A DNA stretch of 64,000 bases from Planctomycetota bacterium (GTDB lineage Bacteria > Planctomycetota > B15-G4): contig JBQTIY010000001.1 of the NCBI GenBank assembly GCA_052387675.1, positions 93,480 to 157,479 on the forward strand, read 5' to 3'. Positions 54,369 through 62,969 of the stretch are shown here, in pieces. The position numbers were made by a program, and so were the translations under genes. The notes beneath the pieces are model-generated. The model made no database searches. It saw nothing but the letters and a program-made list of their open reading frames with translations, and was not told where the DNA came from. Position 1 is the first letter of the stretch. Each line of letters begins with the position of its first letter.

Positions 54369-57239
54369 CTAGTCGCGCAGGACGAGGTTCAAGATCTGAG
54401 TGTCGCCGTCTCTGACGGTGAACCTCAGGCCCACGGTTTCGCAGTCGTGTGGGGTCGGATACCAACCTCTATGGGAGCAGATTCGATACGTACCCGCGGC
54501 GAGCCCAGAGGTGCTGTACTGGCCTCCCACGAGCCTGACCGTTTCGGTTTCGCCCTCTGCGCTCTCAATGAAGACGATCGCCGTGTCTTGTGCAAGCGCT
54601 CCGGCCGCGGTTCGCACGCATCCCGAGACAGACGCTCCGCGGCAAATCGGAATCACGATGTCGTCGATGGTCTGACCGGAGGCGAGTTGGAGATCGCCGG
54701 ACAGGGCCGGGGGATGCCTCGGGTGAATCGAACAGTAGGTATTCGAGCGGATCGCGTAGACACCCGTCAGGAGGTGCTCCAGTGAGAATCGTCCATCGTC
54801 ATCGGTGGTCACCGACCCGAACCAGTCGTCGTTTCTCTGGATCGACAGGCGCTCTTCGGCAACGGGGCCTTGTGGGCCGACGACGCGACCTGCGAGTCGC
54901 CCAGTTCCGACGTCGATGCGCACTTTCCGTTGATCCCCCCAAGCCAGCGTGATCGGATCAGCCATGCCGATCGGCCCAAAACCGCCGTCCTCGCGCAAAG
55001 CAGTCACCAGGACTTCGTATTCGCCGGGCCCAGGGAGCAGAAGCGCGGCATGGCCGCCGGGATCGGTCTCTAACGACTGACTGTCGAAGTACGACTCCTC
55101 AGCGAGCTGGCGTACTTCCAAGCCGAGTCCGGTCGTGGCAGGACCTGCCATCAAGACCTGCACTTCGAGTTGTGGCGGCGATCGATCGAAGCGAACGACT
55201 CTGTGCTCCCCTGGACCCAGCGTAACGATCATTTCGCCGACATCGCCGACGACGAGCCGATACTCAGCCGCTGCGAGTCCGTCGAACCGAAAGCGGCCGT
55301 CCTCGCCTGAGGTGGTGTAGCTCTCATCCTGCAAGGCCGAGACATCGCTGGGTTCGAGGGTCACCGAATGCTCGGGCACCTTTCCCAGCTTGGCCGCGGT
55401 CTCGTGCACGATCCCCTCGAGGCTCGCTGCGCGCGACAGCGTGAGGGTGATGCCTTCGTGATGGTCGCCCCCGCTCGTGCTGATCGGCCCGACGCGCGCG
55501 CGCGCTCGGCCGGCCGCGCTTGCTGCGACGTTCCACACGCCCGACCCAATCCCCTCGATCGAGAAGCGACCGTCCACTCCGGTTGTGGCCCGTGAACTGT
55601 GCGAGACCCAGTAGTAATCGAAATCAATGAGGCTCACTGCGGCCCCTTCGATCGGTGCTCCCGCCTCGTCCACAACGCGGCCCGCGATCAGCGCCTGTGG
55701 AAGCAACTCGACGACCTGTAACTCTCGCGCTCCAACGGCTTGACCTGCCGCGGTCGCCTTGGCCTCGGCATAGCCGGGCGCTCGAACCGTGAGGGTTGTG
55801 CCCTTGTGACCAACTCCATGCACGATGTGGTCGTCACCACTCCTCCTGATGGGCAGCTGTGTCGGTGAATGGTGGTCGCCCACGACCCGTCGCGCAGTCA
55901 AGGAAGCTTCGGGAATCGGCGCGCCACTCGACTTGCTCACGATGCGCACGACAAGCGCTGCCTCCGGATCAAGACGCAGCTCGATTCCGGTGCGCCCGGC
56001 CTCGACATCTCGTAGCCGTGTGGCTTCGTAGCCGCTGGCGTAGGCATAGAGGGTCACGTTCGGTGACAGCAGCCCGTCGAGTGCGAAGCGCCCTTGCTCG
56101 TCCGTCAGGCCGCGAAGCGTCGGGCGCCAGTGCTCCGCCTCCAGCTCGTAAAGAAGACTGTCGTCCCCGGGCCCAAAACGAATGATTGAGCAGCCACCAC
56201 TTGTGCCCATGACTTCACGAGCGGTCGCAAAGACCGAGGCGTCCGCGAGAGGCGCGCCTGAGTTGCTCAGCACGCGGCCCCAAAGAGCACTTCCGCGCAC
56301 GAGGACGAGGTCACCCGCGTCGACTTCGCCCCCCTCAACGAGGTCAATGTTCTCGACCTCCGCGCGCGCGTAGCCCTTCGCAAGGACTTCGACGGAAATC
56401 TGGTTTGGCCACAGCCGCCCGAGTCTGAAGGCGCCGTCCGGCCCAGTCCGCGTGCTGTGGAAGTCCTCGACCGCTAACGAAGGCCAGAGCATCACGTCGC
56501 GCCGACTGCTGTCTCGCCCCGAAGGCTCTGAGCCAGCGACACGGACCGTCGCGCCGGCAATCGGTTCGCCCGCTTCGTTGAGAACGCGGCCGATCAAGCC
56601 TCCCTCGGGAAGCAACACGAGCGCGTCGGAAGTCAGCCCATTTCGCAACGATTCGACACGAGCCGCGAAGTGGGCTTTCACGACGACGAGCTGAGGAAAC
56701 TTGGGAACTCGGTAGGGGCCGCGACTCCACTCCTCCGGATCCTCAGGCCCGGAGATCGAGAACTCACCCTGCGCATTCGTCCGAGTGTGCGGCACTTCGC
56801 TCAAGGGAGCGCCCTCGACCATTGCCAGGGACGCGTCTCCACCTGTTTCGGACGAGGCGGACATCGGCGTAACAAGGCCGGCGCGCTCGAGAACACTGCC
56901 TCGTGGCAGGAACCACACATCGGCTTCCGCCAGCGGCACACCCTCAGCATCCGTCACCTTTCCGGTGACGGTGAGCGCCTCACCGAGCGACATCCAAGGG
57001 ATTGGCGCTGCCGCGCGAATGACCGGAGCGGACGGATCGTCGACGACTGGAATGAGTTCAGGCGTGGAGCTGCGCTGCGGCAGTCTGGGATCTCGCGTGG
57101 TGTCACTCAGCGCCGCACGCTTGTCCAAGCTCTCATTCAACAAGCCGGGATCGGCATCACCGGAGGATTCCTGCGCGAGGACCCACATCGCACCGACCAG
57201 ACCGGCCAGCAGCAGCACGGCGAGCAGCGCCCGAGACAT
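54369..57239 (-). CDS. large anchored/secreted protein with many CarboxypepD_reg-like domains
   Basis: ORF 54369..57278; likely start ATG 57239 (MSRALLAVLLLAGLVGAMWVLA). More than 8 repeats of G(R/K)V.D..G.P...A.V......TD..GRF. Confidence 0.7.
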   Translation of the reverse strand: MSRALLAVLLLAGLVGAMWVLAQESSGDADPGLLNESLDKRAALSDTTRDPRLPQRSSTPELIPVVDDPSAPVIRAAAPIPWMSLGEALTVTGKVTDAEGVPLAEADVWFLPRGSVLERAGLVTPMSASSETGGDASLAMVEGAPLSEVPHTRTNAQGEFSISGPEDPEEWSRGPYRVPKFPQLVVVKAHFAARVESLRNGLTSDALVLLPEGGLIGRVLNEAGEPIAGATVRVAGSEPSGRDSSRRDVMLWPSLAVEDFHSTRTGPDGAFRLGRLWPNQISVEVLAKGYARAEVENIDLVEGGEVDAGDLVLVRGSALWGRVLSNSGAPLADASVFATAREVMGTSGGCSIIRFGPGDDSLLYELEAEHWRPTLRGLTDEQGRFALDGLLSPNVTLYAYASGYEATRLRDVEAGRTGIELRLDPEAALVVRIVSKSSGAPIPEASLTARRVVGDHHSPTQLPIRRSGDDHIVHGVGHKGTTLTVRAPGYAEAKATAAGQAVGARELQVVELLPQALIAGRVVDEAGAPIEGAAVSLIDFDYYWVSHSSRATTGVDGRFSIEGIGSGVWNVAASAAGRARARVGPISTSGGDHHEGITLTLSRAASLEGIVHETAAKLGKVPEHSVTLEPSDVSALQDESYTTSGEDGRFRFDGLAAAEYRLVVGDVGEMIVTLGPGEHRVVRFDRSPPQLEVQVLMAGPATTGLGLEVRQLAEESYFDSQSLETDPGGHAALLLPGPGEYEVLVTALREDGGFGPIGMADPITLAWGDQRKVRIDVGTGRLAGRVVGPQGPVAEERLSIQRNDDWFGSVTTDDDGRFSLEHLLTGVYAIRSNTYCSIHPRHPPALSGDLQLASGQTIDDIVIPICRGASVSGCVRTAAGALAQDTAIVFIESAEGETETVRLVGGQYSTSGLAAGTYRICSHRGWYPTPHDCETVGLRFTVRDGDTQILNLVLRD

Positions 57240-57416
57240 CAGCGACTCTCCACGCGGTCGATTCTCCAAGCCCGCCACGCGGATTGTAGCCAGCTTCTGC
57301 TCCGACCGTAACGGTGAGTGGCGGTCTGCTCGCGGTGCCTAGGAATCACCCTACTCTCGCCTCGGAACCCCTCCCGCGTTTAAGTAACATTCCAAGCTCA
57401 CCCGAATCAGGAGCCA

Positions 57417-58181
57417 ATGATGTCCCTACGTTCCCTATCCGTCGCAGACCTCCGCCGTGAACTTGCCCGCCGTGAGCGCGGCGCGGCTGTCCTCTCGCAG
57501 AAGCGGGCCAAGCTCGCCGCAAGCCTGGCCACGCTCGACGCCGAACTCTCGGACCTGGGTGTGACAGCTTCGAGCGCGCCCCGCCGTGGACGCCCGGCCG
57601 GCTCCAAGAACAGGCGCGGCAGCAAGGCTCCGGGCCGCAAGCCGGGCCGCAAGCCGGGCCGCGCCACAGGCCGCAAGATCGGCCGCCCCGCTGGCTCCGT
57701 CTCGCGCGGCAAGAACAAGGCCACGCTGGCCGACTCGCTCGCCGCCGCCATCCGGCCCGGCACGACGGTCTCACCGTCCGAGGCGCTCCAGCGTGTGAAG
57801 GCCGCCGGCTACAAGACCAACAGCTCGGCCTTCCGCGTGACCGTCACGCAGACGCTCATCAAGGACAGCCGCTTCAAGCGCACGGGCCAGGGGCAGTATC
57901 TGCGCGTGGGCGGCGCGGCCACCGGCGGCAAGGCGACGAAGACCGCGAAGCCGGCCAAGGCCGCCAAGCGGGCCAAGCCGGCGAAGGCCAAGCGCAAGGC
58001 GTCCAAGAAGCCGGGGCGCAAGCCGGCCCGGAAGTCCGCGCCGAAGGTTGCGCGCAAGCCCGCTCGCAAGGCCGCGCCCAAGACCGCGCGCAAGGCGCGG
58101 CGGATGGCTCCTGCGAAGGCTGCTCCCAAGGCTGCCGCGCAGCCTGTGCCGCAGGCGGCCCCGGCCGTGGCGATGGCCTAG
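57417..58181 (+). CDS. coiled-coil + AT-hook + HARE-HTH-like protein with histone-H1-like Lys/Ala/Pro tail (family member 3)
   Basis: 254 aa. LSVADLRRELARRERGAAVL, RRGRPAGSKNRRG and GRKIGRPAGS (RGRP/GRP cores), LADSLAAAIRPGTTVSPSEALQRVKAAGYKTNSSAFRVTVTQTLIKDSRFKRTGQGQYLRV, and the tail KPAKAAKRAKPAKAKRKASKKPGRKPARK... Confidence 0.65.
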   Translation: MMSLRSLSVADLRRELARRERGAAVLSQKRAKLAASLATLDAELSDLGVTASSAPRRGRPAGSKNRRGSKAPGRKPGRKPGRATGRKIGRPAGSVSRGKNKATLADSLAAAIRPGTTVSPSEALQRVKAAGYKTNSSAFRVTVTQTLIKDSRFKRTGQGQYLRVGGAATGGKATKTAKPAKAAKRAKPAKAKRKASKKPGRKPARKSAPKVARKPARKAAPKTARKARRMAPAKAAPKAAAQPVPQAAPAVAMA

Positions 58182-58244
58182 AGCAGTAGGCCCCACCTCC
58201 AGGGCGAATCACCGGCGGCGTCGCGTCCCGGTTATGTCGCGGCG

Positions 58245-58526
58245 CTATCCCTCGTCGCCGGCATCGCCGTCGAACAGCACGCGCCCGTCACCCTTCGCGA
58301 TGACGACCACCCGCGACGAACGAAACATCAAGTCGTCTTTCCCGTCATACCAGGGCATCAAGACGAACCAGGCCGGATCGTCGGGGCATCCGTAGATGTA
58401 AACGCCACCTGGTTTGCCGTCCGAGATGCGCAAGGCCGCTGCCGTCGGGCGCGGCGCAGCCTCAGCGACTCCGCTCCGCAGCGCGTGAGCTAACGCCAGC
58501 GCGATCGCATCGTCTCGCCCGATCAT
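58245..58526 (-). CDS. small hypothetical protein
   Basis: 93-aa ORF ending in an acidic tail (DGDAGDEG). No motif recognised. Confidence 0.35.
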   Translation of the reverse strand: MIGRDDAIALALAHALRSGVAEAAPRPTAAALRISDGKPGGVYIYGCPDDPAWFVLMPWYDGKDDLMFRSSRVVVIAKGDGRVLFDGDAGDEG

Positions 58527-58959
58527 GTCAGCCTCCGCACCGTAACGGCCACTGATAAGGCGGAGCCAGCGGGAAGCTCAGGGAAAAGGGGGAATGAGTA
58601 GGAGAGCTTTACGCCGGATGAGGGCGACCCGCTGACGCCGCGAGGGGATTGTAGGGCCTTCGATTCGCGGAACGCCAGGACTACACTTCCGCCTGAAGCC
58701 GAGCCGCGAAGGGCCCGGCGCGCCCCACGGGAGATGCAGTTTGCAGATTGTCCCAGCCGTTCATTGCCGCCAGGACCTGCGAGTAGGAGGACGCCAGTAT
58801 CCCGGTGTGCTCCCCGCACCGCATTCCAGCCACGCGACCATCCCCACCGACTCCAACACAGTCGTCCTGCTGACGCTGGCGATGCATGTACAGTTTCTGC
58901 GCACACATCGACATGTCTATGCCGTTCTCCCACGTCGCTAACTGACAGGACTCACCAGC

Positions 58960-59811
58960 ATGCCTACTTCACTTCACGGAGTACAACCCGGAAGCATTGA
59001 GATCGAGATCCAGAAGCTACATGGCGAACCTGGTCTTGGCTGTCATCGCCTCCGTGTTGATCTGAAAGTTTCCGCGGCGGGCTATCCCCCTAATATGGCG
59101 ACGCTTATCTCTCTGTCGGGAGATCTCCAAGTGCAACGACAAGCAGGTCGCTTGTTCGTGTCTGCCTGCCATACCTCAATTGGCACGCCGCTTCCTCTCA
59201 ACATGCTCACCCGACCAACTTCTGTTTCTCTTTACTTTGACCTGGCTTCGAGATCGCTCCTCGAGCTTGAGTCTCACCGCGCTGGCGGTGATCTGAAGGT
59301 CCAGCTCTTTCTCCGATCACTTGCGTTCTCTACAGGACACTTCAGCAGCCCTGCATGCGACATGACCCACACGGAGCCGCAGAGCAGCTGGTGTAGCATC
59401 CTGAGCAGTATGGGCTTTGACGCTCCGTTGATGTTCGAAGTCTCGCTATCCGGTTACCCAGAAGGATCCGAACTCATCCGGGCCGCCGAACATCTGGCCA
59501 CGGCAGTCGAACACCTGCGAGCGGGTAAATGGATGGAATCAGTTGCGGCCTGTCGAAAGTGCCTTGATGCACTCAAGGCTCATGATAAGGGCTTGAGAAC
59601 GGTCACTCACTTAACGGACACCGAAGCAACGCTCCCACACCGACTGTCAGGAATATGGACAGCGGTTCGGCATTGTTGCCACTTGGCGGTCCACGACGAG
59701 CCTGACCTGAGAGCAGATGCCTTCGACTTTGCTACCACGCGGGAACTGGTAATGCTCACCGCCGCGCTGCTGGGGCACTACGGCGACAAGATCGCGCTCC
59801 AACGCTCATAA
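58960..59811 (+). CDS. hypothetical protein adjacent to Type I R-M (C-terminal helical domain reminiscent of DUF4145-type modules)
   Basis: 283 aa in sequence that looks lower in G+C by eye. Converges on the hsdM stop with a 27-nt gap. The C-terminal AAEHLATAVEHLRAGKWMESVAACRKCLDAL pattern supports only a weak domain call. Confidence 0.4.
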   Translation: MPTSLHGVQPGSIEIEIQKLHGEPGLGCHRLRVDLKVSAAGYPPNMATLISLSGDLQVQRQAGRLFVSACHTSIGTPLPLNMLTRPTSVSLYFDLASRSLLELESHRAGGDLKVQLFLRSLAFSTGHFSSPACDMTHTEPQSSWCSILSSMGFDAPLMFEVSLSGYPEGSELIRAAEHLATAVEHLRAGKWMESVAACRKCLDALKAHDKGLRTVTHLTDTEATLPHRLSGIWTAVRHCCHLAVHDEPDLRADAFDFATTRELVMLTAALLGHYGDKIALQRS

Positions 59812-59838
59812 CCCACCTCGGCGCCTCGCGAGTATTGT

Positions 59839-61347
59839 TCAACCACGCCCGTCTGCATCCTGCTTCGTCGAGTTCAGCCGGCGAGAGATTCTCGCAAACT
59901 GCTCCAGCGCTGTTTCGAGTTCGTCTACGATTTCGGCGGCGATTATGTCGGGAGCCGGCAGCGAATCCGTGTCGGTCAGGCTCTGGTCCTTGATCCAGAA
60001 CAGATCGAGGCTGAGTTTGTCGCGCTTGAGGATTTCGTCGTAGGTGTAGCAGCGCCAGCGGCCGTCGGGGTTCGCTTCAGTCCAGGTAGGCTTGCGTCTG
60101 TGAATGGCACTGGGCTTGTAGCACTTGACGAACTCATCGAAGTCCTGCCGTGTGATGGGCGATTGTTTTTGTGTGAAGTGCTTGTTCGTCCGCAGGTCAT
60201 AGACCCACAGCTTCTCCGTCCACGGCGCGGGGCGGCCCTCCTTCTTGTCAAAGAAGAGGACGTTTGCCTTTACGCCTGGCGAGTACCAGATGCCGGTTGG
60301 AAGGCGGAGCAGCGTGTGGATATTGCATTTCTCTAGCAGATTGCGCCGGACCTTCTCACCTGCGCCGCCTTCAAACAGGACGTTGTCTGGCAGCACCACG
60401 GCGGCGCGCCCATTGATCTTGAGCAGCGAGAACATGTGCTGCACGAAGTTGAGCTGCTTGTTGCTCGTTTCCGTCCAGAAGTCCTCACGCACAACCACGG
60501 CGTCGTCCTTCTCAGTGTCGCCCTCCTCGTTCACGAAAAGCACGCTCTGGCTTTTCCCAAAGGGGGGATTGGCCAAAATCATCGTGTACTCCTTACTCCA
60601 CGGCGCGGCGAGACTGTCATGACCGGAATGGACCACAACCTTGTCGCCGCCGATGCCGTGCAGATAGAGGTTCATCGCGCACATGCGGCCAACCTTGGGC
60701 GAGAGTTCCATCGCCTCGACGAGTTCTTCGCGCAGCGCACGCTTCTCTTCGGCGTGCAAGTCCTTACCGAACTTGGAGAGCACATAGTTGTAGGCGTTGA
60801 AAAGGAAGCCGCCCGTACCCGCCGCCGGATCGCAAATGCGGTCCTGCGGTGAGGGCTGCATCACTTCCACCATCGTCTGGATGACGGCGCGAGTCGTGAA
60901 GTACTGCCCCGCGCCCTTGGTGGACTCCGACGCGCTGCGCTGAAGCAGTTCCTCGTAGATTGTCCCCTTCACGTCCACGGGCAAACTCATCCAATCCTCT
61001 TTGTCGATGAGGTTCACGATGAGCTGCTTCAACAGCGCGGGATTGTGAATGTCGCACCGCGCGCCCTTGAAAATGACGCCGAGCATTCCGGGCCTGAGAC
61101 CGAGCTTCTCGATGGAGTCGCTGTATTGCTTCTCTAGCGCCGCACCATCAAGCGGCAGCAAGGCTTTCCAGCCGAGTTCCGGCGGCACGATGGGTTTCTG
61201 ATTGTAAGGCGCCTCGGTGAGCTGGTCGGCCATCTTGAGGAAGAGCAGCATCGTGAGCTGCTCCACATACTCCACACAGGAGAGACCGGCCTGTTGAAGG
61301 ACCCCGGCATAGCTCCAGGCTCGTTTGCCGATCTGGGATGCGTCCAT
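59839..61347 (-). CDS. hsdM: Type I restriction-modification system methyltransferase subunit
   Basis: 502 aa. HsdM_N-like N-terminus (VEYVEQLTMLLFLKMAD), the SAM motif DPAAGTGGFL and the catalytic ILANPPFG. Confidence 0.9.
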   Translation of the reverse strand: MDASQIGKRAWSYAGVLQQAGLSCVEYVEQLTMLLFLKMADQLTEAPYNQKPIVPPELGWKALLPLDGAALEKQYSDSIEKLGLRPGMLGVIFKGARCDIHNPALLKQLIVNLIDKEDWMSLPVDVKGTIYEELLQRSASESTKGAGQYFTTRAVIQTMVEVMQPSPQDRICDPAAGTGGFLFNAYNYVLSKFGKDLHAEEKRALREELVEAMELSPKVGRMCAMNLYLHGIGGDKVVVHSGHDSLAAPWSKEYTMILANPPFGKSQSVLFVNEEGDTEKDDAVVVREDFWTETSNKQLNFVQHMFSLLKINGRAAVVLPDNVLFEGGAGEKVRRNLLEKCNIHTLLRLPTGIWYSPGVKANVLFFDKKEGRPAPWTEKLWVYDLRTNKHFTQKQSPITRQDFDEFVKCYKPSAIHRRKPTWTEANPDGRWRCYTYDEILKRDKLSLDLFWIKDQSLTDTDSLPAPDIIAAEIVDELETALEQFARISRRLNSTKQDADGRG

Positions 61348-61361
61348 GGATCGTCGCTCCG

Positions 61362-62969
61362 TTAGTGCTTGCCGACGCGGGTGCGCGACTGCCTAGCTTT
61401 GGGCTTCGCCCCCTTCGCAGCCTGGGCCTGCCGGGCGCGTATCTCGCGCTCAGCCGTGATGCGTTTAAGCAGTTCGCTCGCGGGTTCGTCATTCGGGTCT
61501 TGCGGAACGAGCTGGCCGGTGAATGCGTGGCGAAGGATGCTTTGCCGCATCAAATGCGTGCTACTCAGCTTCACTTCGAGATTACTTTCAAGGTGATCAA
61601 TCACGGAGAGCTGGTCTTCCACGGCTTCAACGATGGCGGCTTGCTCGGCAATTGGTGGAAGCGAGAAAACGAAGTCGTTTAGCTGCGACGTGAACATATG
61701 CTGAATGAGGCTTCCGGTGTTTAGCTCCGCGACGAATGCTCGGAAGCGAGATGACTTAAAGAGCCAGAGCATGAAGCGTGGGTTCACTTCAATCGGCGTG
61801 AGTCGAGCCAGTCGCTGGTTGAGCAAACAGTGCTCGCCGGGAGAGGTCAAGCACACGCGTCCGAGGAAATCGTCCTTCAAAGACTGCGCTGTGAGGTTTA
61901 TGACTAGCTCGCCTTCACCCACCAAGTGATCGGGCGAGTGATCCGCGTAGTCCGGCGACATACAGCGCGTGTTGCGCTCGTTCCACCCGATGTACCCATT
62001 CGAGTAGAGATTCCCAGGACGGAGCAGTCTGACGCCCGCCGTTTGGTATTCCGCGCTCGGAAATGGTCGTCCATTCTGAGACATCCCAACTTGCTGCCAA
62101 GCCGCCCAGCACCACCTCTCCGGTAGCGGCGGGAGGTTGGTGCTGTCGGGCGCGACGGGTGCTGGGTACTTTTGTCTCCAGTCATTGGGAGGGGCCTTGC
62201 CGGCAGCTTCGAACTTTGCGAGCTGACTTTCTTCCCAGCGGCGGCGGCGTTCGGTCAGGATGCGGGCGAGTAGGGCGGAGGCGGGTTCGGTGGCTGAATG
62301 CTGCGCGCGCCACTCGGCGGTCAACGCACCTTCCACCGCCGCCTTGAGCACGGTGGCCCGGTACTGCTTCAGCTTCACCCGCACTCGCTCTAACGCCGCC
62401 ACTCCCGCGTCGAGGTCGGAGAGGAGTTCGTCGAGTGTGTCAGCGATGCGCTCTTGTTCACTCGGCGGTGGAACAATCAAAGGCACCGATTGCGCTAATG
62501 GCTCGGCGGCAATGCTCGCCTGATTGACGTGGTGCTTGCACCGATGTCGGAAATAACCCGACATCCAGAGGTAGTGAAGTTGGCGAGCAACGAATGCCGG
62601 ATTCATGCCGCTCTCGAGTCGGATCCGAGTCATGTGATTGGAGAACGCGAGTGGAGAACTGGTCGGAATCACGGTCGTCTTTCCGATAAGCTCAGGGCTA
62701 TTCGTGTTGTTGAAGAGAACGTCTCCCGCTACCAGCGTCTTAGGTACTTCGCCCTCAACTGATTTCACTTCGGACAGATCGAAGCGGCCCTCGCGGTCGA
62801 TATTCATCGGGCGAATGTGAGGAACGCCGCGTCCCTCGGAGTTGTGAGCGCCACTGGGAAAGCCGGATGTGACCGACTCCGCGATACTCGCGATCGCACA
62901 AGTCATCCAACCGTCCGGAATCGGCGCAGCGCGCATCGGATAGTGGGCGAACACCAGACCTTCGCTCAC
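61362..62969 (-). CDS. hsdS: Type I restriction-modification system specificity subunit
   Basis: 535 aa. Two target-recognition domains separated by conserved helices (PPPSEQERIADTLDELLSDLDAG...; LPPIAEQAAIVEAVEDQLSVIDHLE...). Confidence 0.85.
   Translation of the reverse strand: MSEGLVFAHYPMRAAPIPDGWMTCAIASIAESVTSGFPSGAHNSEGRGVPHIRPMNIDREGRFDLSEVKSVEGEVPKTLVAGDVLFNNTNSPELIGKTTVIPTSSPLAFSNHMTRIRLESGMNPAFVARQLHYLWMSGYFRHRCKHHVNQASIAAEPLAQSVPLIVPPPSEQERIADTLDELLSDLDAGVAALERVRVKLKQYRATVLKAAVEGALTAEWRAQHSATEPASALLARILTERRRRWEESQLAKFEAAGKAPPNDWRQKYPAPVAPDSTNLPPLPERWCWAAWQQVGMSQNGRPFPSAEYQTAGVRLLRPGNLYSNGYIGWNERNTRCMSPDYADHSPDHLVGEGELVINLTAQSLKDDFLGRVCLTSPGEHCLLNQRLARLTPIEVNPRFMLWLFKSSRFRAFVAELNTGSLIQHMFTSQLNDFVFSLPPIAEQAAIVEAVEDQLSVIDHLESNLEVKLSSTHLMRQSILRHAFTGQLVPQDPNDEPASELLKRITAEREIRARQAQAAKGAKPKARQSRTRVGKH

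Noticed and set aside
57586-58140. Short tandem DNA repeats (12-nt CCGGGCCGCAAG units, KPAKA-encoding units)
   Set aside because: They lie inside a well-supported ORF and encode its basic low-complexity linker and tail. They are not an independent repeat element.
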